A stretch of 64,000 nt of DNA, taken from positions 108,586-172,585 of the forward strand of contig CADABQ010000002.1 in NCBI GenBank assembly GCA_902786205.1. The letters run 5' to 3'. Made by a program: the position numbers and the translations under genes. Origin of the DNA: an uncultured Lachnospiraceae bacterium (GTDB lineage Bacteria > Bacillota > Clostridia > Lachnospirales > Lachnospiraceae). This document shows, piece after piece, positions 27,614-35,560 of this stretch; position 1 is the first letter of the stretch, and the number at the start of each line of letters is the position of its first letter. The notes under the pieces were generated by a model that was given only the letters and a program-made list of their open reading frames with translations, ran no database searches and was not told where the DNA came from.

Positions 27614-28183
27614 ATGAATACAAAATATTTTTTAAGAGGATTAGGAGCTGGGATTATTTTATCTTCGGTTGTATTATTGATAGGAACACCTAAAAACACC
27701 CTTTCAGATTCTGAAATCAAACAGCGGGCTTTGAAACTGGGAATGATAGAAAAGAAGGATACAATCGATCAGATTTTGGAAAAAAAGGATGTTGTGACAT
27801 CTTCTGCAATTGCAACGCAAGGAACAGAAAGTAACCAAGATCAGAGTCAGAAAACGGATAATCCTTCTGAAGATGCACAGGTAAAAAAGCAGAATGATAA
27901 TCAAGTAAAAACAGAAACCAAAAAAGAAGTAAGTTCTTCTAAAATGGATAAAAAACAACAGCAACCAAAGTCTACAAATGAAATTGTTTTAGTTGAAATA
28001 AAACCTGGAATGTGGTCTGATGAGATTGCAAAAACTTTTTATGACTTACAACTTGTAAAGGATTCAGAAGAATTTGATAGTTTTTTATGTGATAATGGAT
28101 ATGCATCATTAATACGTGTTGGTAGCTATAAAGTGCCAAAGGGTGCGACATATGAGGAAATAGCAAAAATAATTACTAAATAA
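27614..28183 (+). CDS. Hypothetical membrane-anchored protein with MltG/YceG N-domain-like (LysM-like) C-terminal module
   Basis: The ATG abuts the previous stop. One TM (GLGAGIILSSVVLLIG) and a low-complexity linker. C-terminal IKPGMWSDEIAKTFYDLQLVKDSEEF...YKVPKGATYEEIAKIIT. The domain similarity is weak. Confidence 0.5.
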   Translation: MNTKYFLRGLGAGIILSSVVLLIGTPKNTLSDSEIKQRALKLGMIEKKDTIDQILEKKDVVTSSAIATQGTESNQDQSQKTDNPSEDAQVKKQNDNQVKTETKKEVSSSKMDKKQQQPKSTNEIVLVEIKPGMWSDEIAKTFYDLQLVKDSEEFDSFLCDNGYASLIRVGSYKVPKGATYEEIAKIITK

Positions 28184-28227
28184 ATAATGACATTTCTGCC
28201 TGACATGAATACACATAGAAAAAATAC

Positions 28228-28256
28228 TTGCAAATAGAAAAAAACTATGGTAGAAT
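28228..28256 (+). promoter_or_regulatory. Sigma-A-type promoter of rpsB-tsf
   Basis: TTGCAA (28228-28233), 17-nt spacer ending in TGG, TAGAAT (28251-28256). This leaves a ~100-nt leader before rpsB. Confidence 0.65.
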
Positions 28257-28360
28257 TTGATGGTATGAGAAAATACACGTATAGTGATTTTTGCAATGGT
28301 GCCGTTTTGGTTATGCAAAAAGAAGATCTATGCGGAAGAAAAAACCAGTGGAGGTATATT

Positions 28361-29083
28361 ATGAGTGTAATTTCAATGAAACAGTTACTTGAGGCAGGTG
28401 TTCACTTTGGACATCAGACAAGAAGATGGAACCCTAAAATGGCTCCATACATTTACACAGAGAGAAATGGTATTTATATCATTGACTTACAGAAGTCTGT
28501 AGGTAAAGTGGATGAAGCATACAATGCAATTAAGGATATTGTTGCAGATGGTGGTACAGTTCTTTTTGTTGGTACAAAGAAACAGGCGCAGGATTCTGTA
28601 AAAACAGAAGCAGAGCGTTGTGGTATGTATTACGTAAATGAGAGATGGCTTGGTGGTATGCTTACTAACTTTGAAACAATCAAGGGTAGAATTGCTAGAT
28701 TAAAGAAAATCGAAGCTATGTCTGAAGATGGAACATTTGATGTTCTTCCTAAGAAGGAAGTTATTCAGTTGAAAAAGGAATGGGATAAGCTTGAGAAGAA
28801 CTTAGGCGGTATTAAAGATATGAAGACTATTCCAGATGCAATTTTTGTTGTTGATCCTAAGAAGGAAAGAATTTGTGTTCAGGAAGCTCATACATTAGGA
28901 ATTCCTTTGATTGGTATTGCAGATACAAACTGTGATCCAGAAGAATTAGATTATGTAATTCCTGGTAATGATGATGCTATTAGAGCAGTTAAATTAATCG
29001 TTGCTAAGATGGCAGATGCTGTTATTGAAGCAAATCAGGGAGAACAGTTAGAAACAGCTGAAGAAAATGCAGATGCTGAGTAA
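28361..29083 (+). CDS. rpsB: 30S ribosomal protein S2
   Basis: [30 protein letters not shown] 28361 has a GGAGG RBS. The track ORF start at 28247 lies inside the promoter. Confidence 0.97.
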   Translation: MSVISMKQLLEAGVHFGHQTRRWNPKMAPYIYTERNGIYIIDLQKSVGKVDEAYNAIKDIVADGGTVLFVGTKKQAQDSVKTEAERCGMYYVNERWLGGMLTNFETIKGRIARLKKIEAMSEDGTFDVLPKKEVIQLKKEWDKLEKNLGGIKDMKTIPDAIFVVDPKKERICVQEAHTLGIPLIGIADTNCDPEELDYVIPGNDDAIRAVKLIVAKMADAVIEANQGEQLETAEENADAE

Positions 29084-29096
29084 GTAAGGCTGAAAC

Positions 29097-29124
29097 GATG
29101 GAATGCTCATTTGAGCATTCCATC
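29097..29124 (+). terminator. rpsB-tsf intergenic hairpin (probable partial terminator/attenuator)
   Basis: GATGGAATGCTCA pairs with TGAGCATTCCATC. Followed by ATTTGTG, a weak U tract. Confidence 0.45.
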
Positions 29125-29243
29125 ATTTGTGCTAGTGAATAAACTGCTATATTTGTGTGGGTTGTTTTTTATGAGGATTGTTGTTATGTTAATATCACGC
29201 AGACAAATATAACAGAAAAGATAAAAATGTGGAGGTAAATGAG

Positions 29244-30173
29244 ATGGCTATTACAGCAGCAATGGTAAAAGAATTAAGAGAAACATCAGGTGCGGGTATG
29301 ATGGATTGTAAGAAAGCACTTACAGCAACTGATGGAGATATGGAAAAAGCAATCGAATTTTTAAGAGAGAATGGTTTGGCTAAGGCTGAGAAGAAGGCTG
29401 GTCGTGTTGCAGCAGAAGGTATGGTTGCTACTAATATTAGTACAGATGGAAAGACTGCAGCTATTGTTGAAGTAAACAGTGAAACAGACTTTGTTGCAAA
29501 GAACGAAAAGTTCCAGACATTCGTTGCACAGGTTGCTTCGCAGGTTGCTACTACTTCAGCAAAAGATGTAGATACATTTTTAGAAGAGCCATGGTGTGAA
29601 GATACTTCTAAAACTGTAAAAGAAAATTTAGCAAGCATGATTGCTGTTATTGGTGAAAATATGACAATTCGTCGTTTTGCAAAGGTTCAGGCTACGGACG
29701 GCATGATTGAAAGCTATATTCATGCTGGTGGGAAAATTGGTGTTCTTGTTGAAGCTAAGACAGATTCTAATAGTGCAGCTGTAAAAGAATGTTTAAAGAA
29801 TATTGCAATGCAGATTGCTGCTTTAAATCCTAAGTATACAAACAGAGACGAAGTAGATCAAGAATATATTGAGCATGAAAAAGAAATTTTAAAAGCTCAG
29901 GCTATAAAAGAAAAACCAGATGCACCTGAAAAAATCATTGATGGAATGGTTATGGGACGTATCAACAAAGAATTGAAAGAGGTTTGTTTATTAGATCAGG
30001 TTTATGTTAAGGCTGAAGATGGTAAACAGTCTGTAGGAAAATATGTTGAGAGTGTTGCTAAGGCAGAAGGTATTTCGCTTGAAATTAAGGGATTTGTACG
30101 TTACGAAACTGGCGAAGGAATCGAAAAGGTTGAAAGTGATTTTGCAGCAGAAGTTGCAGCACAGTTAAAATAA
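29244..30173 (+). CDS. tsf: Elongation factor Ts
   Basis: MAITAAMVKELRETSGAGMMDCKKAL. ATG 29244 has a GGAGG RBS. Confidence 0.97.
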   Translation: MAITAAMVKELRETSGAGMMDCKKALTATDGDMEKAIEFLRENGLAKAEKKAGRVAAEGMVATNISTDGKTAAIVEVNSETDFVAKNEKFQTFVAQVASQVATTSAKDVDTFLEEPWCEDTSKTVKENLASMIAVIGENMTIRRFAKVQATDGMIESYIHAGGKIGVLVEAKTDSNSAAVKECLKNIAMQIAALNPKYTNRDEVDQEYIEHEKEILKAQAIKEKPDAPEKIIDGMVMGRINKELKEVCLLDQVYVKAEDGKQSVGKYVESVAKAEGISLEIKGFVRYETGEGIEKVESDFAAEVAAQLK

Positions 30174-30194
30174 AAAATTGACAAAGAAAAAAGT

Positions 30195-30240
30195 AAGTCT
30201 TTTTTGCCGTCAGAATAAGATGGCAGAAAAGACTTTTTCT
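30195..30240 (+). terminator. Intrinsic terminator after tsf
   Basis: 14-bp stem 30195-30208/30222-30235 (AAGTCTTTTTTGCC / GGCAGAAAAGACTT) followed by a T run. Confidence 0.8.
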
Positions 30241-30281
30241 CTATAGCAAAATAGATAGAAACAAACTTACGCTTTTCTAGG

Positions 30282-30310
30282 TTGATTTTTAATCTTGTTT
30301 ATATTATAAT
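30282..30310 (+). promoter_or_regulatory. Sigma-A-type promoter upstream of the deacetylase/bactofilin pair
   Basis: TTGATT (30282-30287), 17-nt spacer, TATAAT (30305-30310). This implies a ~250-nt 5' UTR. Confidence 0.6.
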
Positions 30311-30562
30311 CGTTAGTGTGTATGGGCATGATAATAGCTTCATGGAAAATGCATATATAGGAATGCTGCTTGTTATATTAGCAGCAAAATAATTGAAAGT
30401 TAAATGTTAACACAGTTGCCCTAAAATGCAGCTAGCCTACAATAGGTTTGTTTGCTCATATGATTGGCCTATCAAACAGCTATGTTTTGGTAGATTAATG
30501 GTATAAAACATAGTTAAGTAACAACACTTTCATAGTAAAATAATCGAAGGGATGATATTTTA

Positions 30563-31486
30563 ATGAGCGATGACAAGCAAAAAGTCAAGAAAACAGAACT
30601 AGAAGCTCGTCGCAAGAGAGTGAATCGACTAAAGAAAATAATAGTTATAATTGTAGTTGTTTGTTTGTTGTTGCCTTCCGTCCTTTGTTTAGCTTTGTGG
30701 ATGAAAGTGGCTCATTTAGAACGTCAAATGAATACTATCGTAGAAAATTATGGAGTTCGTCAGCAAAGTTTAAAAAAGGATACTGCATATGCAGCAGATG
30801 TTAAAAAACAAAAGAAAATGGATTTATCAGAAGAAGATCAAACAAAAATAAAAGGTAAGAAAGTTTATTTGACATTTGATGATGGGCCTAGTGAAAATAC
30901 GGAAAAAATATTAAAAATATTAGATGAGTATGATGTAAAAGCCACTTTTTTTGTTATTGGACAAACCGATGAGTATTCTAAGAAACTGTATCAGAAAATT
31001 TATGCGCAAGGTCATACACTTGCTATGCATTCTTACACACATCAATATCAAAAAATTTATAAATCATTATTTGCTTATAAAAAGGATTTGAGCAGATTGA
31101 GCGATTTGCTTTTTGAAACCGTAGGTGTAAGACCGAAATTTGTTCGTTTCCCAGGGGGAAGCAGCAATACAGTTAGTAACATTGACATGAAAGATGTGAT
31201 ACGTTATTTGAAAAAAGAAGGATACATATATTTTGACTGGAATGTTATAAATGGTGATGCAACAGGAGAAAATTTAACAAAAGAAGAAATGGTAAATAAT
31301 GTTATTTCTGGAGTAAAACAGTATGATACGTCTATTGTATTAATGCACGATAGTGCGGGAAAAGAAAAAACCGTTGAAACATTACCTACTATATTAAAAA
31401 AATTGAAAAAGATGAAAGTAAGTGTTTTGGCGATAAATAATACAACCATTCCAGTACAGCATATAAAGGCTGAAGAAGTGGAATGA
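30563..31486 (+). CDS. Membrane-anchored polysaccharide deacetylase (NodB homology domain)
   Basis: N-terminal TM (IIVIIVVVCLLLPSVLCLALW). NodB motifs YLTFDDGP and LAMHSYTHQY. Confidence 0.85.
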   Translation: MSDDKQKVKKTELEARRKRVNRLKKIIVIIVVVCLLLPSVLCLALWMKVAHLERQMNTIVENYGVRQQSLKKDTAYAADVKKQKKMDLSEEDQTKIKGKKVYLTFDDGPSENTEKILKILDEYDVKATFFVIGQTDEYSKKLYQKIYAQGHTLAMHSYTHQYQKIYKSLFAYKKDLSRLSDLLFETVGVRPKFVRFPGGSSNTVSNIDMKDVIRYLKKEGYIYFDWNVINGDATGENLTKEEMVNNVISGVKQYDTSIVLMHDSAGKEKTVETLPTILKKLKKMKVSVLAINNTTIPVQHIKAEEVE

Positions 31487-31513
31487 TATTAATGAGGATG
31501 AGGAGGTGCTTGG

Positions 31514-33304
31514 ATGGGTTTTTTTAATGATTTAAGAAAAGATATATCACAAGCAGTCAATGAACTGCTTCCAGATGAAGAGTTTTTTGGTTTGGATGAG
31601 CAGAGCGATAGTTCGCAGGGGGGAGAAATTTCAGAAGCAAAAGAGCAAAATAAAGTAGAAGATAACATGGGGGATATGCTTTCTGAATTGTCTGACCTAA
31701 GTGGGACAGATATGGAATCTATCCAGATTGATAATGAAAATAATACTGAAAAAGAAGAAAGTGAATCTGATAAAGATTTCATTTCTGAATTAGAAGAATT
31801 ATATGTATCAGATACCGAAGAACAGGAAAAAGATGTGGAAGAGCAACAAGATGAGGAAGTTCTATCACAACAGGATACGGATTCAAGTGGCGTAAATGCT
31901 TCGGTAGAAAGTCCAGAAGAGGATGATATTCATAAAATGATTGCTTCTATTCAGTCATTTACAGATGCATTAGTAGAAACAGATCATTTGTCCAGTCAGG
32001 ATGAGGAGCTTTCTTTGGATGAATTGGATGAAAACGTTGTTAATGAAGAAAATGATGTTGATGTAGCAATGCTTTCAACAGAGGATTCTAAGTCAGAGGA
32101 TGACGCTATAGTAGATGTTGATACAGATGAAAAGAAGAATAATAATGTAGAAGAAAAAAGCTTGCCTCAAATAGAGCAGGACGAAGTTGCAATTTCTGAA
32201 TCGGAGCATCAATTACAAGAAGCAATTGAAGAGGCAATTGTGGAAAGTGAGATGGAAGAACAGGGACAACTCTCAAATAGTATGGAAGTATCTGAACCAG
32301 AAAAAATAGATATTTCAAGTGCAGAAGAGGTAAATACACTTGCAGAAGAAGTGGAAAGAGAGAGTAACATTTCGATGGACACTGTAGAGGAAGAGAAAAA
32401 AGAGAGCAACATTTTGATGGGCACTGTAGAAGAAGAGGAAAAAGAGAGCAACATTTCGATGGATACTACAGAAGAAGTGTCGAAAGTTGAAGAAAGTATA
32501 TTAGATGAAAATGCAGAAGAAACAGAAGCGAAGAAAAATATGGAGAAGCCTATAGACGCATTAAAAGAGGATTTCACAGAGACAGATTTAACTACTGTTG
32601 TTGAAGATAATAGTAAGGAAAATGATTTTGAGGCGTCAGAGGATTTTGCAGAAACAAGTCTTGTGGAGAAGGAAGATATGACAACAGAGGCATCTTTAGA
32701 AGAAACAAAGGATACAATTTTGCCAGAGAATGTGAATAAAGAAACATCCTCGGTGGAAAAAATAAACGATAAGGAAAAGGTAACAATGGAAGTAAACAAT
32801 ATAGAAGAAAAGGAAGTAAATAATATGGAAAACAATCTTGAAAATGTAGAAGTAAAAGATGAAGTAACTGTAATTACAAAGGGAACTGTTATCAACGGTT
32901 CTATTAGCTCTGATGGCGGCCTGGAAATCAATGGTACGATTACTGGTGATGTAGAGTGCTTAGGAAAACTTACCATTAACGGAACAGTAAGTGGTAACTT
33001 AAAAGCTGCAGATGTTGTTGTGAGTACCCCTCGTTTAGATGGAGGCATTGAAAGCAAGGGAGATGTGAAAATCGGCGTAGGAACGATTGTTCTTGGTGAT
33101 GTGACAGCAAAATCAGCTACAGTTTCTGGAGCTGTTCGTGGTGAGATTGATGTAAATGGACCAGTTGTAGTGGATTCTACAGCTATTGTGAAGGGTAATA
33201 TTACAGCAAAGTCTGTACAGATTAATAATGGAGCTGTAGTAGATGGTTATTGCAAGTTAGCATATGCTGATGTAGATATTGATAATTTCTTTGATGGAGA
33301 ATAA
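31514..33304 (+). CDS. Bactofilin-domain (polymer-forming cytoskeletal) protein with very long acidic N-terminal extension
   Basis: The C-terminal ~140 aa show the bactofilin beta-helix pattern (ITKGTVINGSISSDGGLEINGTITGDVECLGKLTINGTVSGNLKAADVVV...VSGAVRGEIDVNGPVVVDSTAIVKGNITAKSVQI). The preceding ~460 aa are D/E/S-rich low complexity with an internal tandem repeat. Confidence 0.75.
   Translation: MGFFNDLRKDISQAVNELLPDEEFFGLDEQSDSSQGGEISEAKEQNKVEDNMGDMLSELSDLSGTDMESIQIDNENNTEKEESESDKDFISELEELYVSDTEEQEKDVEEQQDEEVLSQQDTDSSGVNASVESPEEDDIHKMIASIQSFTDALVETDHLSSQDEELSLDELDENVVNEENDVDVAMLSTEDSKSEDDAIVDVDTDEKKNNNVEEKSLPQIEQDEVAISESEHQLQEAIEEAIVESEMEEQGQLSNSMEVSEPEKIDISSAEEVNTLAEEVERESNISMDTVEEEKKESNILMGTVEEEEKESNISMDTTEEVSKVEESILDENAEETEAKKNMEKPIDALKEDFTETDLTTVVEDNSKENDFEASEDFAETSLVEKEDMTTEASLEETKDTILPENVNKETSSVEKINDKEKVTMEVNNIEEKEVNNMENNLENVEVKDEVTVITKGTVINGSISSDGGLEINGTITGDVECLGKLTINGTVSGNLKAADVVVSTPRLDGGIESKGDVKIGVGTIVLGDVTAKSATVSGAVRGEIDVNGPVVVDSTAIVKGNITAKSVQINNGAVVDGYCKLAYADVDIDNFFDGE
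32360..32480 (+). repeat. In-frame 42-bp tandem repeat (about 2.9 units) inside the bactofilin gene
   Basis: Units start at 32360, 32402 and 32444 (GAGAG(T/C)AACATTT(C/T)GATGG(A/G)CACTGTAGA(G/A)GAAGAG(A/G)AAAAA). They encode ESNISMDTVEEEKK / ESNILMGTVEEEEK / ESNISMDTTEE. Confidence 0.9.
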
Positions 33305-33308
33305 GAAC

Positions 33309-34013
33309 ATGGAAAAATATAAAAGAGTATTTTTAAAGCTGAGTGGAGAAGCTTTAGCAGGAGAGAAGAAGACTGGTTTTGATGAAGCAACTTGTACAAA
33401 GGTCGCAAAACAAGTAAAACAGTTAGTTGATGATGGTGTTCAGGTTGGTGTTGTCATTGGCGGAGGAAATTTTTGGAGAGGCAGAACCAGTGAAAACATT
33501 GATCGTACAAAGGCAGACCAAATAGGTATGCTTGCAACAATAATGAATTGTATTTATGTGTCAGAAATTTTTCGTTCCGTTGGTATGAAGACACAAGTAT
33601 TGACTCCATTTACCTGTGGAACGATGACAAAACCATTTTCAAAGGACAGAGCGAATAAGTATTTTGAAAAGGGTATGGTTGTATTTTTTGCAGGTGGAAC
33701 TGGACATCCATATTTTTCGACAGATACAGGTGTAGTGCTTCGTGCTGTTGAAATGGAGGCAGATGTTATCTTATTGGCTAAGGCAATTGATGGCGTTTAT
33801 GATAGCGATCCTAAGATTAATCCAAATGCAAAAAAATATGATGAAGTTTCTATGCAGGAAGTGTTAGATCAGCGTCTGCAGGTGATTGATTTAACAGCAA
33901 CTATTATGTGTTTGGAAAATAAAATGCCTTTATTAGTTTTTGGATTAAATGAGGAAAATAGTATTGTAAATACGATTAATGGTTCTTTTAAAGGAACAAA
34001 AGTTACAGTATAA
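33309..34013 (+). CDS. pyrH: UMP kinase
   Basis: MEKYKRVFLKLSGEAL, GGGNFWRG, FFAGGTGHPYFSTD. The track start at 33279 overlaps the previous gene. ATG 33309 gives the canonical N-terminus. Confidence 0.95.
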   Translation: MEKYKRVFLKLSGEALAGEKKTGFDEATCTKVAKQVKQLVDDGVQVGVVIGGGNFWRGRTSENIDRTKADQIGMLATIMNCIYVSEIFRSVGMKTQVLTPFTCGTMTKPFSKDRANKYFEKGMVVFFAGGTGHPYFSTDTGVVLRAVEMEADVILLAKAIDGVYDSDPKINPNAKKYDEVSMQEVLDQRLQVIDLTATIMCLENKMPLLVFGLNEENSIVNTINGSFKGTKVTV

Positions 34014-34045
34014 TGAAAGAGATGAAACGGAGGATATAAGATAGA

Positions 34046-34588
34046 ATGGAACAGTTTGAAGAAAAAATGAAAAAGTCATTACATGCTTTATCAGAGGAAT
34101 ATGCTACAATTCGTGCAGGAAGAGCAAATCCACATTTGCTAGATAAGATTATGGTAGATTATTATGGTACACCATCTTCTTTACAAACCGTGGCAAATAT
34201 TTCTGTTCCAGAGGCAAGAGTCATTCAAATTCAGCCATGGGAAGCAAGTTTAGTGAAAGAAATTGAAAAGGCAATTATGGTATCTGATTTAGGCATTACA
34301 CCTAATAATGATGGAAAGATTATCCGTTTGGTATTTCCAGAGCTTACAGAAGATCGAAGAAAAGAGTTAGTTAAGGATGTTAAAAAGAAAGGCGAAAATG
34401 CAAAAGTTGCAATTCGTAATATCCGAAGAGATGCAAATGATTCGATTAAAAAGCAGAACAAGGCTAATGAAATTTCAGAGGACGAAGCAAAACAGGCAGA
34501 GGATAAAATACAAAAAATGACAGATAAATATGTAGCTGAAATAGAAAAAATGATTGAGAATAAGTCTTCCGAAATTATGACAATTTAA
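34046..34588 (+). CDS. frr: Ribosome recycling factor
   Basis: 180 aa. Motif [12 protein letters not shown]...V.YYG. Canonical position after pyrH. Confidence 0.95.
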   Translation: MEQFEEKMKKSLHALSEEYATIRAGRANPHLLDKIMVDYYGTPSSLQTVANISVPEARVIQIQPWEASLVKEIEKAIMVSDLGITPNNDGKIIRLVFPELTEDRRKELVKDVKKKGENAKVAIRNIRRDANDSIKKQNKANEISEDEAKQAEDKIQKMTDKYVAEIEKMIENKSSEIMTI

Positions 34589-34624
34589 ATTTGGTGGTTT
34601 TATTTATCTATCAAATAGAATAAG

Positions 34625-34690
34625 TAATAGGCGTATTGTGCCAAAGGGGGAAGAACCATATGGCAGAGTACGCCTTATTATGTATTTTAA
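34625..34690 (+). terminator. Long imperfect hairpin with T-rich tail after frr
   Basis: TAATAGGCGTATTGTGCCA ... TGGCAGAGTACGCCTTATTA (one bulge and one internal mismatch region), followed by TGTATTTTAATTGTTTT. Confidence 0.5.
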
Positions 34691-34732
34691 TTGTTTTGCA
34701 GATACAAGAAATGAAAGTGAGGAAGTTACATC

Positions 34733-35446
34733 ATGGAAAAGGAAACAAAAATACCTAAGCATGTTGCGGTTATATTAGATGGTAATGGACGATGGGCTAA
34801 AAAGCGCTTTTTGCCACGTAACGTAGGACATGCACAGGGAGCAAGAGCTGTAGAGCAGATTTGCGAAGATGCATGGGATTTAGGTATAAAATATTTAACT
34901 GTATACGCTTTTTCTACGGAAAATTGGAAGAGACCTGAGGATGAAGTAAATGCATTGATGAAATTATTAAAAAAATATTTAAGCAATTGTTTGGATCGCA
35001 GTAGTAAAAATAATATGCGTGTTCGAGTGATTGGAGATATTAGCAGATTATCAGAAGATTTACAGAAGCAAATTACAGAATTAGAAAAAAAATCTTCGAT
35101 TAATACAGGTCTAAATTTCACTGTTGCATTAAATTATGGTGGTCGCGATGAAATGATTCGAGCAATGAAACATATGTATCAAGAAATAGAAAAAGGTGCA
35201 ATATCAGTTTCTGATATTTCTGAGGAAATGTTTTCTTCTTATTTGGATACGAAAGGAATTCCGGATCCGGATTTGATGATTCGTACCAGTGGGGAACAAA
35301 GGATTTCAAACTATATGTTATGGCAAATGGCATACACAGAATTTTATTTTACAGATGTATTATGGCCTGATTTTAACAAAAAAGAATTGGAAAAGGCAAT
35401 TGCCTATTATGCCAACAGAGATCGAAGATATGGTGGCATAAAATAG
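34733..35446 (+). CDS. uppS: Undecaprenyl diphosphate synthase (isoprenyl transferase)
   Basis: HVAVILDGNGRWAK, YAFSTENWKRP, IRTSGEQRISNYMLWQ. Confidence 0.95.
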   Translation: MEKETKIPKHVAVILDGNGRWAKKRFLPRNVGHAQGARAVEQICEDAWDLGIKYLTVYAFSTENWKRPEDEVNALMKLLKKYLSNCLDRSSKNNMRVRVIGDISRLSEDLQKQITELEKKSSINTGLNFTVALNYGGRDEMIRAMKHMYQEIEKGAISVSDISEEMFSSYLDTKGIPDPDLMIRTSGEQRISNYMLWQMAYTEFYFTDVLWPDFNKKELEKAIAYYANRDRRYGGIK

Positions 35447-35468
35447 TAAAACTATAAAGAGAGAGTTT

Positions 35469-35498
35469 GCACAATTAAAAGAGAATTGCGAATGTCTG
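35469..35498 (+). repeat. Partial copy C of the same block (uppS-cdsA spacer)
   Basis: GCACAATTAAAAGAGAATTGCGAATGTCTG compared with copy A GCACAAGTAGCAGAGCGGATTGCGAATATCCG. They share GCACAA, AGAG and the ATTGCGAAT core. Confidence 0.35.
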
Positions 35499-35560
35499 TT
35501 TTACTGGCAACTTGTGTTTTGCAAAACGTTAAATTGAATTTTTCTTAAGGGAGGATAGAT

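Noticed and set aside
30342-30392. 16-codon hydrophobic mini-ORF (MENAYIGMLLVILAAK) in the deacetylase leader, considered as a possible type I toxin or leader peptide.
   Set aside because: There is no RBS within 15 nt of the ATG. The ORF coincides with a hairpin (GCTGCT/AGCAGC), and nothing else supports it.
32209-33057. 282-aa minus-strand ORF antisense to the bactofilin gene. Similar antisense ORFs occur at 10813-11286, 13708-14202, 29195-29638, 60011-60673 and elsewhere.
   Set aside because: These are S/F/L/T-rich low-complexity translations. They are mirror images of GAA/GAT-rich sense codons inside genes with clear homology-type motifs. None has an RBS. They are typical shadow ORFs in AT-rich DNA.
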